The translations under genes were made by a program, and so were the position numbers. From the NCBI GenBank assembly GCA_951406725.2, contig OX597815.1, positions 144,274,001-144,338,000 of the forward strand: a stretch of DNA of 64,000 nucleotides, in the 5' to 3' direction. Positions within the stretch are counted from its first letter, which is position 1. The number at the start of each line of letters is the position of its first letter. Shown piece after piece: positions 14,821 to 28,349 of this stretch. The stretch comes from Octopus vulgaris. Its lineage: Eukaryota. A model generated the notes under the pieces. That model was not told the origin of the DNA. It was given only the letters and a program-made list of their open reading frames with translations, and did not search any database.

Positions 14821-16042
14821 TATATATATATGTGTGTGTGTGTGTGTGTACATTTGTATGTATGTATTCTGCATATTCATGTTTGTGCGTTCATGTTTGT
14901 GCTTGTGTGTGTGTGTATGTGTGTACTTGTCTATCCATATTACCTATCTACTTATCTATCAGTTTACTTACATATCCATTTACCTACTAATACATATATA
15001 TATATATATATTCATCAAAGAATGGAGTGCAATACCTATCACCCTTCAGTTTCTCAGGCTTCAGACACTGATGACAAGAAGAGAGGAAATTATCCTCAGA
15101 TTGGAGACCTGACTTGAATGCTTACAGCGAAATAATTTTCACTAAAGACACCTCAGAATCAGAAGGTGGGGTATTAAATCTGCCAACACCTGAGTACTTC
15201 TATATGTATAACAGCAGGCATGGCCGTGTAGTAAGATGTTTGCTTTGTAACAAAATGGATTAAGGTTCCACCTCATTGCATGGCACCTAATTGTAAGTGT
15301 CTTCTACTACAGCCTCAGGTCAACCAAAGCCTTTTGAGTGGAGCTAAAAGAAGCCCATCCTTTGCTTGTTTGTGTGTGTGTAGATATGTACATATATATT
15401 GATATACATACATATGTATGCATTTATGTGTGTATATATATATATATATAGAAGTGTGTGTACACAGGAATGTATGCATGGATGGATGTTACTGTGTGTG
15501 TCTCCCTGACTCGACATCATGTGATAGTTGTCAACAAGTGGCCCCTGTCATAGAAGCAGTGTTTTTGTTTCCAATCTCCCATGAAAACAAGTCCAGTTAT
15601 GGGCAAATATTACCTAGCTGGAAAACAAGTGAGGGCTGGTGACAAGAAAGGGACCCAGGCATAGAAAATCTGCTTGGAAAAGTGAATATTAAAACAATGA
15701 TCATGATGATGATGTATATCAATGTGTGTGTGACTGAACAACACACCAATATGGATTTACTTGTGGTTTACTGTGGCTGAAGTGTTTCAGGGATCTAAAA
15801 AGATATCTTAGTCTTTATGGTTACCCTGAGGGTTTTAACTCCATGTTGCCCCTCCCTTCAAGACGAGGGTAGGTGAGGTTGAACACTATTTCCATAATAT
15901 GTGTAGTGGTTATGTATCAGTATTATTGAAGTACAGGACATGGTTGTTATGTATTTGCCTTGTTGAAGTACAGGGAATGGTGGTTATGTATTTGCCCTGT
16001 CAAAGTACAGGTAATAGTTGTATATTTGTATTTTTGAAGTAC

Positions 16043-16380
16043 ATCATCATCGTTTAACGTCCGTTTGCCATGCTAGCATGGGTTGGATGGTTCAGCTGGG
16101 GTCTGGGAAGCCAGAAGGCTGCACCAGGCCCAGTCTGATCTGGCAGTGTTTCTACAGCGGATGCCCTTCCTAACGCCAACCACTCCCTGAGTGTAGTGGG
16201 TGCTTTTTACGTGCCACCTGCACAGGGGCCAGACGAGGCTGGCAACGACCACAATCGGATGGTGCTTTTTACGTGCCACCGGCACGGAGGCCAGTCGGGG
16301 TGGCGCTGGCAACGGCCACATTTGGATGGTTCTCTTACGTGCCACCGGCACTGGTATCACAGCTACAATTTCAATTTCCA
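16043..16380 (-). mobile_element. SINE-like family C with (GAT)n tail and internal ~63-bp tandem units, representative copy
   Basis: ggagtggttggcgttaggaagggcatccagc...ccaacccatgctagcatgg...acgttaaacgatgatg. Copies at about 7040-7240, 9030-9580, 18590-18980, 19940-20140, 20940-21680, 27823-27990, 29903-30067, 32810-33410, 34240-34570, 40259-40890, 60900-61110, 63308-63505, 63848-64000. Confidence 0.85.
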
Positions 16381-16719
16381 TAAGACGGTTATGTATTTTC
16401 CCTGTTGAAGTACAGATGATGATTATTTATTTGTGTTGTTGAAGGACAAGATGTGGTTGTACTCTCATCCAAACAATGTTTTCAAATCATGGTAATCGGG
16501 TTGATGTTTAATTCCATGTCAGCCTTGATCCATGAGAACTATAATCAAAGGTATTCTAGCCATGACAATCCTGTCTTTTTAGGATTATGTAGGACTATGT
16601 TTTCGAAGGTGTTCTGTCTTTATTTGAAATGTCAGAGCATGGTTTAAGGGAGATTTAGTTGCTACTTCTAGCAAGTTAAGCAATCATAGAGGGGCTAGCA
16701 AGCTGGCTTAGTTAATAGA

Positions 16720-16801
16720 GTGGTTGTTGGTGGTCATGATAGTGGTGGTAATGGCGATAGTGGGGATAGCAGCAGTGAGTGTAGAAGTGGTAGGGGTGAG
16801 C

Positions 16802-16843
<42 letters not shown>

Positions 16844-18410
16844 AGTGGTGGAGATGGTGATAATGGTGGTGATGGTAGTAGTATAGTGATAGTGTTTTGG
16901 GTGGTGGTGGTGGTGATGGTAGTAGTATAGTGATAGTGCTTTTAGTGGTGGTGGTTGTAGTAGTAGTAGCAGCAGCAGTAGTAGTTGTAGTAGCAGTAGT
17001 AGTTGTAGTAGTTGCAGTGGTGGTGGTGGTGATAGTAGTAGTGGTATTACTAGTAGTAGTGGTGGTGGTGGTAGTGGTGGTGGTGAAGGTTATAGAATGA
17101 GAAAGGAAGAAAGAGAGAGGAGCAGTGAGGTTGTGGGAGAGAGGTGAGGGAACAAAGTCAGAGTTTATGGGTGGAGAGGAGGTCTTTGAAAGCACTTTGA
17201 GTAATTACTTGTGTTTGCGTATGTGTGTGTGTGGGTGCGTGTGCATGATTGGATGTGTGAGAGTGGTTCTAAGTGTATGCAACTGTGTGTGTGTGTGTGT
17301 GATTGTGTATGTCAGTACGTGGTCGAGTCATGATGTATATGTGTATGTGGTTGTGTCTATATTGTGAGCATGTAGCTTGGGTGAATGATTGTTTGTGTGC
17401 AGTTGCGCATATTTCTGTGTGTGCAGGTGTGTGTGTGTGTGTAAAGTTGTAGGTGAAGGTTGCGTTTAATACATTGTGTGTATGTGTGTGTGTGTGTGTG
17501 TATTGAGATATGTGGAAAAAAAATGAATGCATTTATTTCTTCACTTTCTCAACATATGTGTATATATATATATATATATACACACAGACACATGTGTGTG
17601 TATGTATTTATGTCATCAGTACTCACTTGTACTTCTATTATGCAATAACACCAGCAGCACCACCACCACCACCGCTGCCTTGCATATACATACATCGTAC
17701 ATGTGCACAACACACACATAAATACAGATACATCACAAACAATATACTACACAGTAACACACGTACACACAAACATGCATATATATTCAACACTTCTACA
17801 ATATACTACATGATGACACATATATATATATACACACACATATGGGCTATAACAATACTTAAACACACACACACACACTCTCATACACATACACTTACAC
17901 ACACAACATCCTGCGCCCATCTTTCCATACTAAACCAAGTTTTGTTCTATAAATGAAGGGTTTAAGCAGGGTGGTGTGTGGGGTGGGATGTTTACTAGAC
18001 ACACCTCGCCCCCTTTGCCAACATCACTAGTATACAAATACTACTACCATCACCACTACTACCACTACCACCACTGCCACCACTGCCATGATGACCATCA
18101 CCCACAACTGCAATATTGCGACTATTACAGTCAGCGACACCACCACCACTATTACTACTGCTACTACTTTTGCCACTAACACCCCCACCAGCATTGCCAC
18201 CATTCTACTACTAATAGTACCACTACTACTACTACTATTGCTGCTGCTGCTACTACTAAAACCACTACCATTGCTGCTACAACTGCAACTATTACAATTA
18301 CTACTGCTGCTGCTTTAACAATCACCACCACCAATACTACATCCACTACTACTACTACTACTACTACTACAATCATCACTGCTGCTGCTGTTACCGTTAT
18401 TACTACACTC
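16720..18410. repeat. Low-complexity block: (GTA/GTG)n, TG/CA and (CAC/CTA)n tracts
   Basis: Trinucleotide and dinucleotide degenerate repeats account for all ORFs in this interval. Confidence 0.85.
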
Positions 18411-21400
18411 AGAGTGCTACTACAATAAAGGCAAAGACACAAGTGACTGCAGTTATGGGTGTTGAACACGTATCACTGAACATCCCAGATGTTAGTACAA
18501 GCAGTGCAGACTGGAAGATGTTCTTATATTTCACAGCAGTTACTCATGTTTCACTATCTTTTATATACTGTTACATATCTTAATTTACTACAATTAAAAC
18601 ATGGCCTGGCAGAGGCAAAAGTGGCTGAATTCCTTTCAAGAATTTGGCCTCATGGGAGGCAAAGTGGTAGAGTTCCTTTCGAATGTTGGGCCTCACAGAG
18701 GCAATGACCAAGACCTCTGGCATTATACATGCTTGAGAAGACCTTTCAAGCCAAGCAAAATCACAGTCATGGTAGATACCAGTGTCACATAAAATGGCAC
18801 CCGTGCCGTAGCATGTAAAAGCACCCGTTACACTCTTGGAGTGGTTGGTATTAGGAAGGGCATCCAACCATAGAAAACCATGCCAAATCAGACTGGAGCC
18901 TGGAGCAGTCTCCTAGCCCAGTCAAACCGTCCAACCCATGCCAGCATGGACAATGGATGTTAAATGATGATGATGATGACACTGCTCTGTCAATAATAAA
19001 CACAATTAGGTTTGAATGCATATACATCATTTAACATCTGTTTTTCATGCTGACATGTGTTGGACAGTTTAACAGGAGCTGACCAGCTGCTCAGGTTCTA
19101 ATAGTTGGTTTTGGTATGGTTTCTATGACTGGCTGCTGTTCCTGACACATAAAAGGCACCCATACCAGTAACAAGTAAGAGATACCTGTGCCAGTAGCAC
19201 ACAGAAATCACCCAGTACACTCTGTAAAGTGGTTGGCATTAGGAAGGGCATCAAGCTACAGAAACCAAGCCAAAACTGATGCCTAGAACCTCTTCCACAT
19301 CTCTCTCTTCACTGAGTTATCCTATTTCACTACTTCTCATTCTCTCATTATAAATATTTCAATAGACTTATTAAATGTAGCACTGAAATTATTATCACCA
19401 GCATCATCATCATTTTAGACACCATCACCATTATTATTATTATTACAATAATCACTCCCTGCCCCCATCTCACCCAATGCAACCATCCTCCTCATTCTCC
19501 CCTATTTTAACTCACCACCCAAACATCCAAACTCCTCAGTATTATGGCCCTATGGAACTCTCTTCCTGCCCTATTATTTTACCTCAAACTCTGAAAGTTC
19601 TGTCAAAAGCTACGGGCATTGTTCCTTCTTCTCAGACTAAACAGGTCACACACATCTATAAATAGCAATGACAAATGTATTAACATCAACTGACCCCACT
19701 ACATGACTGGTACTTCATAATATTGACCTTGGTCAGATTTGAACTCAGTAACTAAATATGCTTTTCTACTCTAGGCACAAGGCCCAAAATTTTTGGGGAG
19801 GGGGCCAGTCAATTAGATCAACTTCAGTACACAACTGGTACTTAATTTACTGACCCAAAAAGAATGAAAGGCAAAGTCAACCTCAGCAGAATTTAAACTC
19901 AGAACGTAAAGACAGACAAAATACCGCTATTGATAAAAAACACTGGTGCTGGTGCCATGTAAAAAAGCATCCAGTACACCACTCTGTAAAGTGGTTGGCA
20001 TAAAGAAGGGCAACCAGCTATAGAAAACAAGCCAAAACAGACAGTAGAACTTGGTGTGGTCCTTAGCCTAGCTAGTTCCTGCCAAGCCATCCAACCCATG
20101 CCAGCATGGAAAATGGACATTAAATGTTGATGATGATGAAGTATCATGAACATAATGTAGTGTTTCTAGTACTTAGACACTTAGCTCTCAATGACACTTC
20201 TTCCAGTTATAGATCAGTGCCATAGTGGAGCAGAAATGAAATGACTCTGTGCAGCTGTTCAAATGTTGATGAATTAGAAATGGCTGACTGAACACTCACA
20301 GCCTCTTTTGGTGACAGCACTTTTTGACACTGGAGGCAAACACAATCATACACAGAAATATATACAGACGAATGGTAAGAATAAAAGAGAAAAAATAGAG
20401 ACATAACAATTTATGAATTGAACACAATTGATGTAAAGGGTTCCCTATCCTCATACACATAAAGAGAAACAGACTAACATAAACTGAGACAGGAGAGAAT
20501 GACAGAAACATTAACCTTTTAGTGTTTAATCTTTCATGGGCGAGCAGAGTCCCTTGGGACACCAACAAATTTTAAAAGTTATGCATTTTTTTAAAGTTTA
20601 CATTTTTTTATTTAAATGATTTTATATCGCATGACTTCTATTGTCAATAGTTTATGTTCTTTTATTTGTTTCAGTCATTTGACTGCAACCATGCTGGAGC
20701 ACCACCTTTAGTCAAACAAATCGACCCCCAGGACTTATTCTATCAGTCTTACAGCTTCGAAGTTTCAATGGTGTGATAGTTTATTCTTAGAATGTCAATG
20801 TAGGTTAGGTGTGTGGGGCTAGATATGGCCAGTTTGAATGCAAAACATGTAGGATATTTGGGCTGGATATGGCCGGCTTAAACACCAAAGGGTTAAAATG
20901 GTGTGAATACATAAGCTTTACATTTGACAGAATAAAAGACCCACCATTCAAATGTTGGGCGATATGCTGTGCTTAGGAAGACCTGTCAAGCCAAGTGAAA
21001 TCATAATCATGGCCGATACCAGTGCCACCTGACTGGCACCTGTGCCAGTGACACATAGAAAGCACTGTTTGAGCATTGGACCTCACAGAGGCAGTGACAG
21101 GTGAGTGAGATCCTTTGGTGATATGCTATGCTTGTGTAGAACTGTCAAGTAAGATTGTAGTTGTGGCTAATGCCAGTGTCACATCAATGGCACAAAAAAA
21201 AGCAAGCACCCACTACACACATGGAGTGGTTGGCATTAGGAAGGGCATCTAGCTGTAGAAACCTTGCCAAATTGGACAGGAACTTGGTGCAGCTCCCTGG
21301 CTTACCCATTTTCAGTTAAACCATCCAACCCATGTCAGCATGGAAAGCAGACATTAAATCATCATCGTCATCATCATCATTTAATGACCATCATCCATGC

Positions 21401-24400
21401 TGGCATGGGTTGGATGGTTCAACCAGAGCTGACAAACTGATGGAGCTACACCAGACTCCAATCTGAATTGGCATGGTTTCTACAGCTGAATGCCCTCCCT
21501 AATGCCAACCACTCCGGGAGTGTAGTGGGTGCTTTTATGTGCTACTGGCATGGGCACCGTTTGCATGACACCAGTATCTGCCACGACTGCAATTTTACTT
21601 CGCTTGATGGGTCGTCATCTCAAGCATAACATAATGTCAAAGGTCTCAGTCATTCATCAGTCTCCATGAGGCTGATGATGCTAAAAGGTTAAACTATTTG
21701 ATATCAAATAAGTCAATGTCAAAGCAGCAACACCAAATAGGTGGCACCAAAACTTGTGCCAAAAACACCTTATACCTATAGTGGAAGTATTATTGTTGCT
21801 GTTATTTAGCTTCAGATCAGCCCTGAACAAACAGATCTCGGATGAATTGGTATTCCAACAATGACCATCTACACATTGTGTAACTAATACTGCAATATTC
21901 AATGTTGTTGTAGATGTCATTCTCTAAGACTGTAAGGCCTGGTGATATAAGGAGGGATTTGTCTGCTGTTTCTAGCGTGCCAAACTCCCATTTCAGCCCA
22001 TGGTATTACTGTTGTCAGCATTGGCAAACAGTGGAATAACAAGCTTACTTGAATAGGGTAGGGTAGGTGGTTGGGATGTACACATGAGAACGGTGACAGT
22101 AATACGATGATGATGATGATGACGATGACAATTGGTGATCATGACAGTGATGTAGAGGGTGGAAAAGATGGATGGTTGGTGGGTCAGATTGATAGTTGTA
22201 AGAGAAGAAATGAATAATGATGATGATGTTGATGATAATCAGTTGGTATTTGTGGTGGTGTTTGATGTGATTAAGGTAGTTATGATAGCCCATCATCACC
22301 ACCACAACCACAACTACTTACACCACCAGCAAAACACCATCTTCACCACAGATACTAACCCTACCACCTGCCACATTGCCATCAGGATCATCTGTCATCA
22401 TCATCATCATCAATAATATCACCAAAACTATCATTGTCACTACAACCACCATGGCAGCCTTCCTTCGGAAACTCTTTAAGACACAGAGTCAGTGGGACGA
22501 TTGTAGCAAGGTAAGGATATGCAAGGTCTTCACTTTGATGATGAACCAGCTGTATGCAGCAGGGTGAGTGGGACCCATAGAGGTGTAACAGACAATGTAG
22601 GAAGTGGGGAAGGGGGTTGAAGAGTCTGGGGTGAAATGGAAGGTCAAACAAGGAAAGAGAAAGAAGAAAAGGAATGGAGTCTAGGGTGGAGTTGAAAATA
22701 ATTCATGTGGATTAATTAAATAAGAAAGCAAAGTGACATCCTGGTGGTGGTAGTGGTGGATTGGTAATGGTAGGGGTGGGGTGGTGAGAGGAAAGAAGTA
22801 GAGAGTAGGGTAGGGTGGAGTGACAGTAGAGTGGTAGTGGTGATGAACGTGGTTGTAGAAGTGGTAGTTGTGGTGCCAGGGGTGATAGTAGATACGGCTG
22901 TTAAAGTGCTAGTTGTACTGGTGATAGTGGTAGTAGTAGTGGTGGTGGTTGTGATATAGTGGTTGTGATGGTAGTGGTGGCATTGTCATACTGTTAAGAA
23001 TGGTTGAGATAAATATGATGGTGGTGGTGGTAGTGGATTGTGGTGTGTAGTCAACATAAGTCAACATATTGATATACTGTTCCAACATGGCTATGTTGAC
23101 ACACACAGTCCCAACATTACTTATATTCATACACACATACACACTCCCAATATCACCTTTGTTCACACACTAACACACACAAGAATACCAAAATCAGCAG
23201 CTCACATACACACCCACAGTCCTACTACCAGATATGTTCCCATACATACACAAATACACAGTCTCAACATCACATAGGCCCTCTCACACACTATCCCAAC
23301 AAAACTACATTCACACATGCACATACACACACAGAGTTTCAGTATCACCATGACACCAGCACCTATTCAGGCACTGTTTTCCTATATATCACTGGTATGA
23401 GAGCTGGCAGAAACGTTAACATGCCGGGCGAAATGCGTAGTCGTATTTCATCTGCCGTTACATTCTGAGTTCAAATTCCGCTGAGGTCGACTTTGCCTTT
23501 CATCCTTTCTGGGTCGATAAATAAAGTACCAGTTTCGCACTGGGGTCTATGTAATCGACTTAATCCCTTTGTCTGTCCTTGTTTGTCCCCTCTATGTTTA
23601 GCCCCTTGTGGGTAGTAAATAAATAAATATATCACTGGTAGGGAGATGAATTGTTGCTGCCTCTAGTAGCCGAGTGTCCATCAAAGAAGAGATCAAGGAA
23701 TGTTGAAATCACATGATCAGGTGGTCTTGGCACTGGAGGCAGTAGGGATTTATCTCTCAGCTAGCAATATAAACAATAGTGTAATTTGCACCAAAAGCCA
23801 ATATCAGAGTTTCTCTCATGGTGTCTACTGCAGTATAGTTTGTCCTAACAGAACATCCACTTTTAAGTGGGGGATAAATATTACCTCTCAGTTTTAATAC
23901 AGCTTCTCTCACTAATACATAAGTATCACCTATGTTATCTCTCTCTCTCACACACATAGTCCCAATATTAACTATGTTCAAACACACACACACATACACA
24001 AATATACACAGACACATACAGTTCCAGCATTACCTACATTTACACATCACCTGTGTTCTAGCACACAGCCTCAACAGCACAGATGTTCTCACACACACAC
24101 ACAGAAGCCCAACAATAACTACATTCACACACACACACACACACATTGTCTTACAACAACTTCCAATCTCTGTTTTACTGCTGTTATATCCAGTTTAATC
24201 TATTTCCTGATGACATTGGGTGAGACAGGGATCCCTAGACTCCTTTTAAGTAGGATGTAGAGCAAGAAAACAGCTGGGAAACCTTCCTCTACCCCCACTC
24301 CACCACCGCTACCTATTTCCTAATATTCTTTCAATGACACCTGACCTTTGTTCTTGCCTCCTGGATTGAAAGGGGAGCTCAATGTAACAATATGGAGTTT

Positions 24401-25419
24401 CAAAGAGAGGTGTGGGAGGGTGTAAGGGGGGGTGTAAGGGGGAAGTGAGGGTGGATGGGAGGGTCTATCGGCAGGGTAGGAGATTAACTACTAGAGGGCT
24501 AGCAGAGACAAAATTTGCCTTTATATGACTATCTACCCATTCACATCACCGTGGGGGGTAAGGAGGTGAAGGTAGAAGGTTGTGTGAGTGTATCTTTGTG
24601 CATGTGTGTATGGAGGTAAAGTGAGAGGGGAAAACGGTTGCTGCCTCTCTTAGTTTTTCTCTCTCTCTCTCTTTCCCTTTCCCTACCTCACACCCCGAAG
24701 ACAAAAGTGAGAAACAGAGAGCAACACAACAAAAGAGAACAATTGGAAAACATGACAATGAAATATTATCTAGAGAGGTAGGGAGGAGGGGAGGATAGAT
24801 TTGAGAGGGAGAGAGATAGGATGGTGTATCCAGATGAGATAGGCTACTGTGTGATATGTATATATATATATATCAACACTTCATGGAGACAAGGGGGAGG
24901 GAGAGAAGTAGGGATACAAACTGTGTGATGCAGAGAGCATGTACCTCAATGCTGATACCCCATATGTGTGGGTATATAAACATACATGTGTGTGTGTGTA
25001 TGTATGTGTGTGGTAGAGTGATAGTGTGACCTAAAATTAATGCCATTTATGACAAAGTTGTAGAACTGTTTAATAAATTTCAATGGGTAGGAGAGAGGGA
25101 TATTAGAAAGGTCACAGAAATTAAATTTAATATTTTTTCAATTGCTCTACCAATAACAAACAGCAACAACAATAACAGCAATAATAATAATAATCCGTTC
25201 TATTATAGGCACAAGGCCTGAAATTTGGGGAAAGGAGCCAGCCAATTAGATCAACCCTAGTACTCAACTGGTACTTAATTCATTGACCCCGAAAGGATGA
25301 AAGGCAAAGTCAACCTTGACAGAATTTGAACTCAGAACAGTGATGCGCGAAATACCACTAAGCATTTTGTCCAGCGTGCTAACGATTCTCACCTTAATAA
25401 TAAGAATAAGAATAATAGC

Positions 25420-25790
25420 AACAGCACTCAGTTAGTGCAAACCTCCGCCAAGGCAACACCAACGTCTTCTCAACAATTAGTCAGAGATGATTTTTAAAAT
25501 GAGAATATCTGAAATAAACTTGATTGCTCTCACAAACGAGAGTACTAAAAATGAACCCGACCACTCTCAAAAATTAAGTGAAGAAACAGGGAAAATAATC
25601 CAGAATCTTTGTCTGGTACCAAATCGATCTCAAAATCTAATCAGTCTGTGCCAGTCATGATGCCAAACATCCCTGAAAGTTTCATCCATACACATCCAGC
25701 AATTCTTGAGATATTGTTTCCATAGACAAACAAACAAACAAACACGACTAAAAATAATACCTCCGCCTTCGCTAAGTCAGCGGTAATAAT
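25420..25790 (-). mobile_element. Helentron-associated interspersed element (HINE, DINE-1-like)
   Basis: Subterminal repeat ACCTCCGCC at about 25441 and 25759, with a small hairpin near the end. Contains a (GTTT)n microsatellite and the 'aatatctcaagaa...ggatgaaactttcagg' core. Inserted in an (AAT)n tract. Confidence 0.7.
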
Positions 25791-27259
25791 CATAATGATA
25801 ATAATAATAATAATCCTTTCTACTGGAGGCACAAGGCCTGAAATTTTGGATGGATGTAGGTCTAGACAATTGCATCAAACCCAGTATGCAACTGGGGTCA
25901 ACCCCAAAAGGATGAAAGGCAAACTGGCCTTGGTGGAATTTAGGAGAAAAGACTGCTAAGCAGTTTGCCCAGCCTGCTAATGATTCTCCCAGCTTGAAGC
26001 TTTAATAATAATAATAATAATAATAATAATGGTTTAAAATTTTGGCACAAGGCCAGCAGTTTCAAGGGAGGGGTTAAGTCAATTACATCAACACTAGTGT
26101 TTGACTGGTACTTATTTTATTGACCCGAAAAGGAATAAAGGCAAAGTTGACTTCAATGAAATTTGAACTCATAATGTGAAGATGGACAAAATACTGCAAA
26201 GCATTTGACCCAGGATACTAATGATTCTGCCAGCTCACCACCTAATTATACTAATGATAACAACAACAACAAATGATATTAGTGTTCTTAATAATTTTAC
26301 CATTATTTTTATTAAGAAAGTAAAATAAAAACTGAGAAGAATTAAAATGAAATGAAATAACCTTTTTAGATAAATTTATTGATATTTTATATTTGTTGCC
26401 AATATATTTCTTTATATCTCTTTACAGAAATATCCTTTAATTTCTCTCCCAACCCCTATCTCCTGTACCCCTCACACATACCTGCTTTCATTAATACTAC
26501 AATGTAATACAATAGTCTTTTAACAGCAACAAACACCATACAACACACATACACATCTCCACTCACAATAGCATACACACACACACACAAACACCACATC
26601 ACACATACACAGCAACAAATTAGAAGACAAAAAGCATTGTGGTATTCATTGCAGTTCCCTGCATTCTAAGTTCAAAACCTATCAAGACCAACTTTACCTT
26701 TCATCCTTCCAGGGTTGATAACACACCAGTTCAGGGTAACGAACTTGTAAGATCATTAACCCTTCAGCATACAGATTAATCTGTCAAATGTAATGCTCAT
26801 TTATTCACATTGTTTTTAATCAATCATGAATTATCTTGTAGCTTTGAGATTTCAATGATGTGATTATTTTTAGAACATTGTAGAGTAGGTGTGACAAGCC
26901 GGACCTGGCCAGTTTGAACCATAAAACAGGCAGTGTTTCAACAAAATATGGCCAGCTTAAATGCTAAATGATTAAAGCATTGGATGATAAGTCTTGCAGT
27001 TTTCATTCTGGCTCTTTGCATTCTGAGTTTCAAATCCTGCTGTGGCCCTGCTTGGATCATCATCATCATCATCCTTTAATGTCTGTTTTCTATGCTGGCA
27101 TGGCTTGGACAGCTTGACAAGAACTGGCAAGGCTAGGAGCCACACCAGGTTCCATAGTCTGTTTTAGCTTGGTATCAACAGCTGGACGCCCTTCCTAATG
27201 CCAATCACTTTAAAGAGTGTACTGGGTGCTTTTTACATGGCACCAGTGCATAGGTAGGA

Positions 27260-27690
27260 TTCATTAACAGAGTTGGTAGGATTTGTTGTTACCTTTGTAT
27301 GATTGTGCATATGACAATATTTTCCATGATAAATGGAGTATTTCTTGATTTTAAATGTCCATATGTTTGGATAAAGAGGTATCATTTTTGTTTCGGTTGC
27401 AAAATGTGTGTGTATGTGTTGGTTGCATCGTATGTTGAGATGGTTTGCTGTAGACCATATATTTGTAGATGTAGTAGTTGATACAGCATTCATGGTTACA
27501 GTTACACTATAGGCAATATTGCTTGAGAGACAATTTCCTTCTGGTGGGCAGGATGAAGAGGTTCTACAATTGCAATGTTTGCTATTATCTATGTGATCTT
27601 GGATTTTAGCTTTAGAGAGTTTTTGGTGATTATAATTGGTTACAGATTTTTTCAAAGTTGTTTCTAAGACAAACCCACACAGCTAGGTAA
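27260..27690 (-). pseudogene. Penelope-like element GIY-YIG endonuclease relic
   Basis: HCNCRTSSSCPPEGNCLSSNIAYSVTV resembles the CNCR...CP..G.CL...Y...V linker preceding the PLE GIY-YIG domain. Downstream HIWTFK/SWKIL-like remnants are frameshifted. Confidence 0.7.
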
Positions 27691-28349
27691 CAAATTTCTT
27701 AACCACCTAACTATACTGATACCATTAAAAAGAAAGGGTGATCATGGTTGGAACATTTTTGATTGGAAGTTTACTCATTGAGAGTTGACCTGCAACTAAA
27801 TTGCTAAAACATATACACATAAAAGCACCCACTACACTCACGGAGTGGTTGGCGTTAGGAAGGGCATCCAGCCGTAGAAACACTGCCAGATTTGACTGGG
27901 CCTAATGAAGCCTTCTGGCTTCACAGACCCCAGTAGAACCGTCCAACCCATGCTAGCATGGAAAACGGACGCTAAACGATGATGATGATGACATAAATAT
28001 GTAAGAATTAATATACATACTGCTTTATAAACACACACATACAAATAAATATAAATGTACAGACAGTAAATAATTACACAGACACAAGCATATAGAATGA
28101 TTCAGAAGGGAAAGGAATGAATGCTGATTCCTTACAGCCTTAGTATATTACTGGTACATATGGCTTAAAGTTTACCTATAACCAGGACAAAAAAAAGAAA
28201 TGACAACTATAAAGGTATTTGAAATTTGCCTCAATTCTCATTCTACTCCTTAAGAAAAAGGAATAAAATATTCCAAGACGAGCTGATGTTGAGTACACAC
28301 ACACACACACACACACACACATGCGCGCGCGTGCATACAAATAATGATT

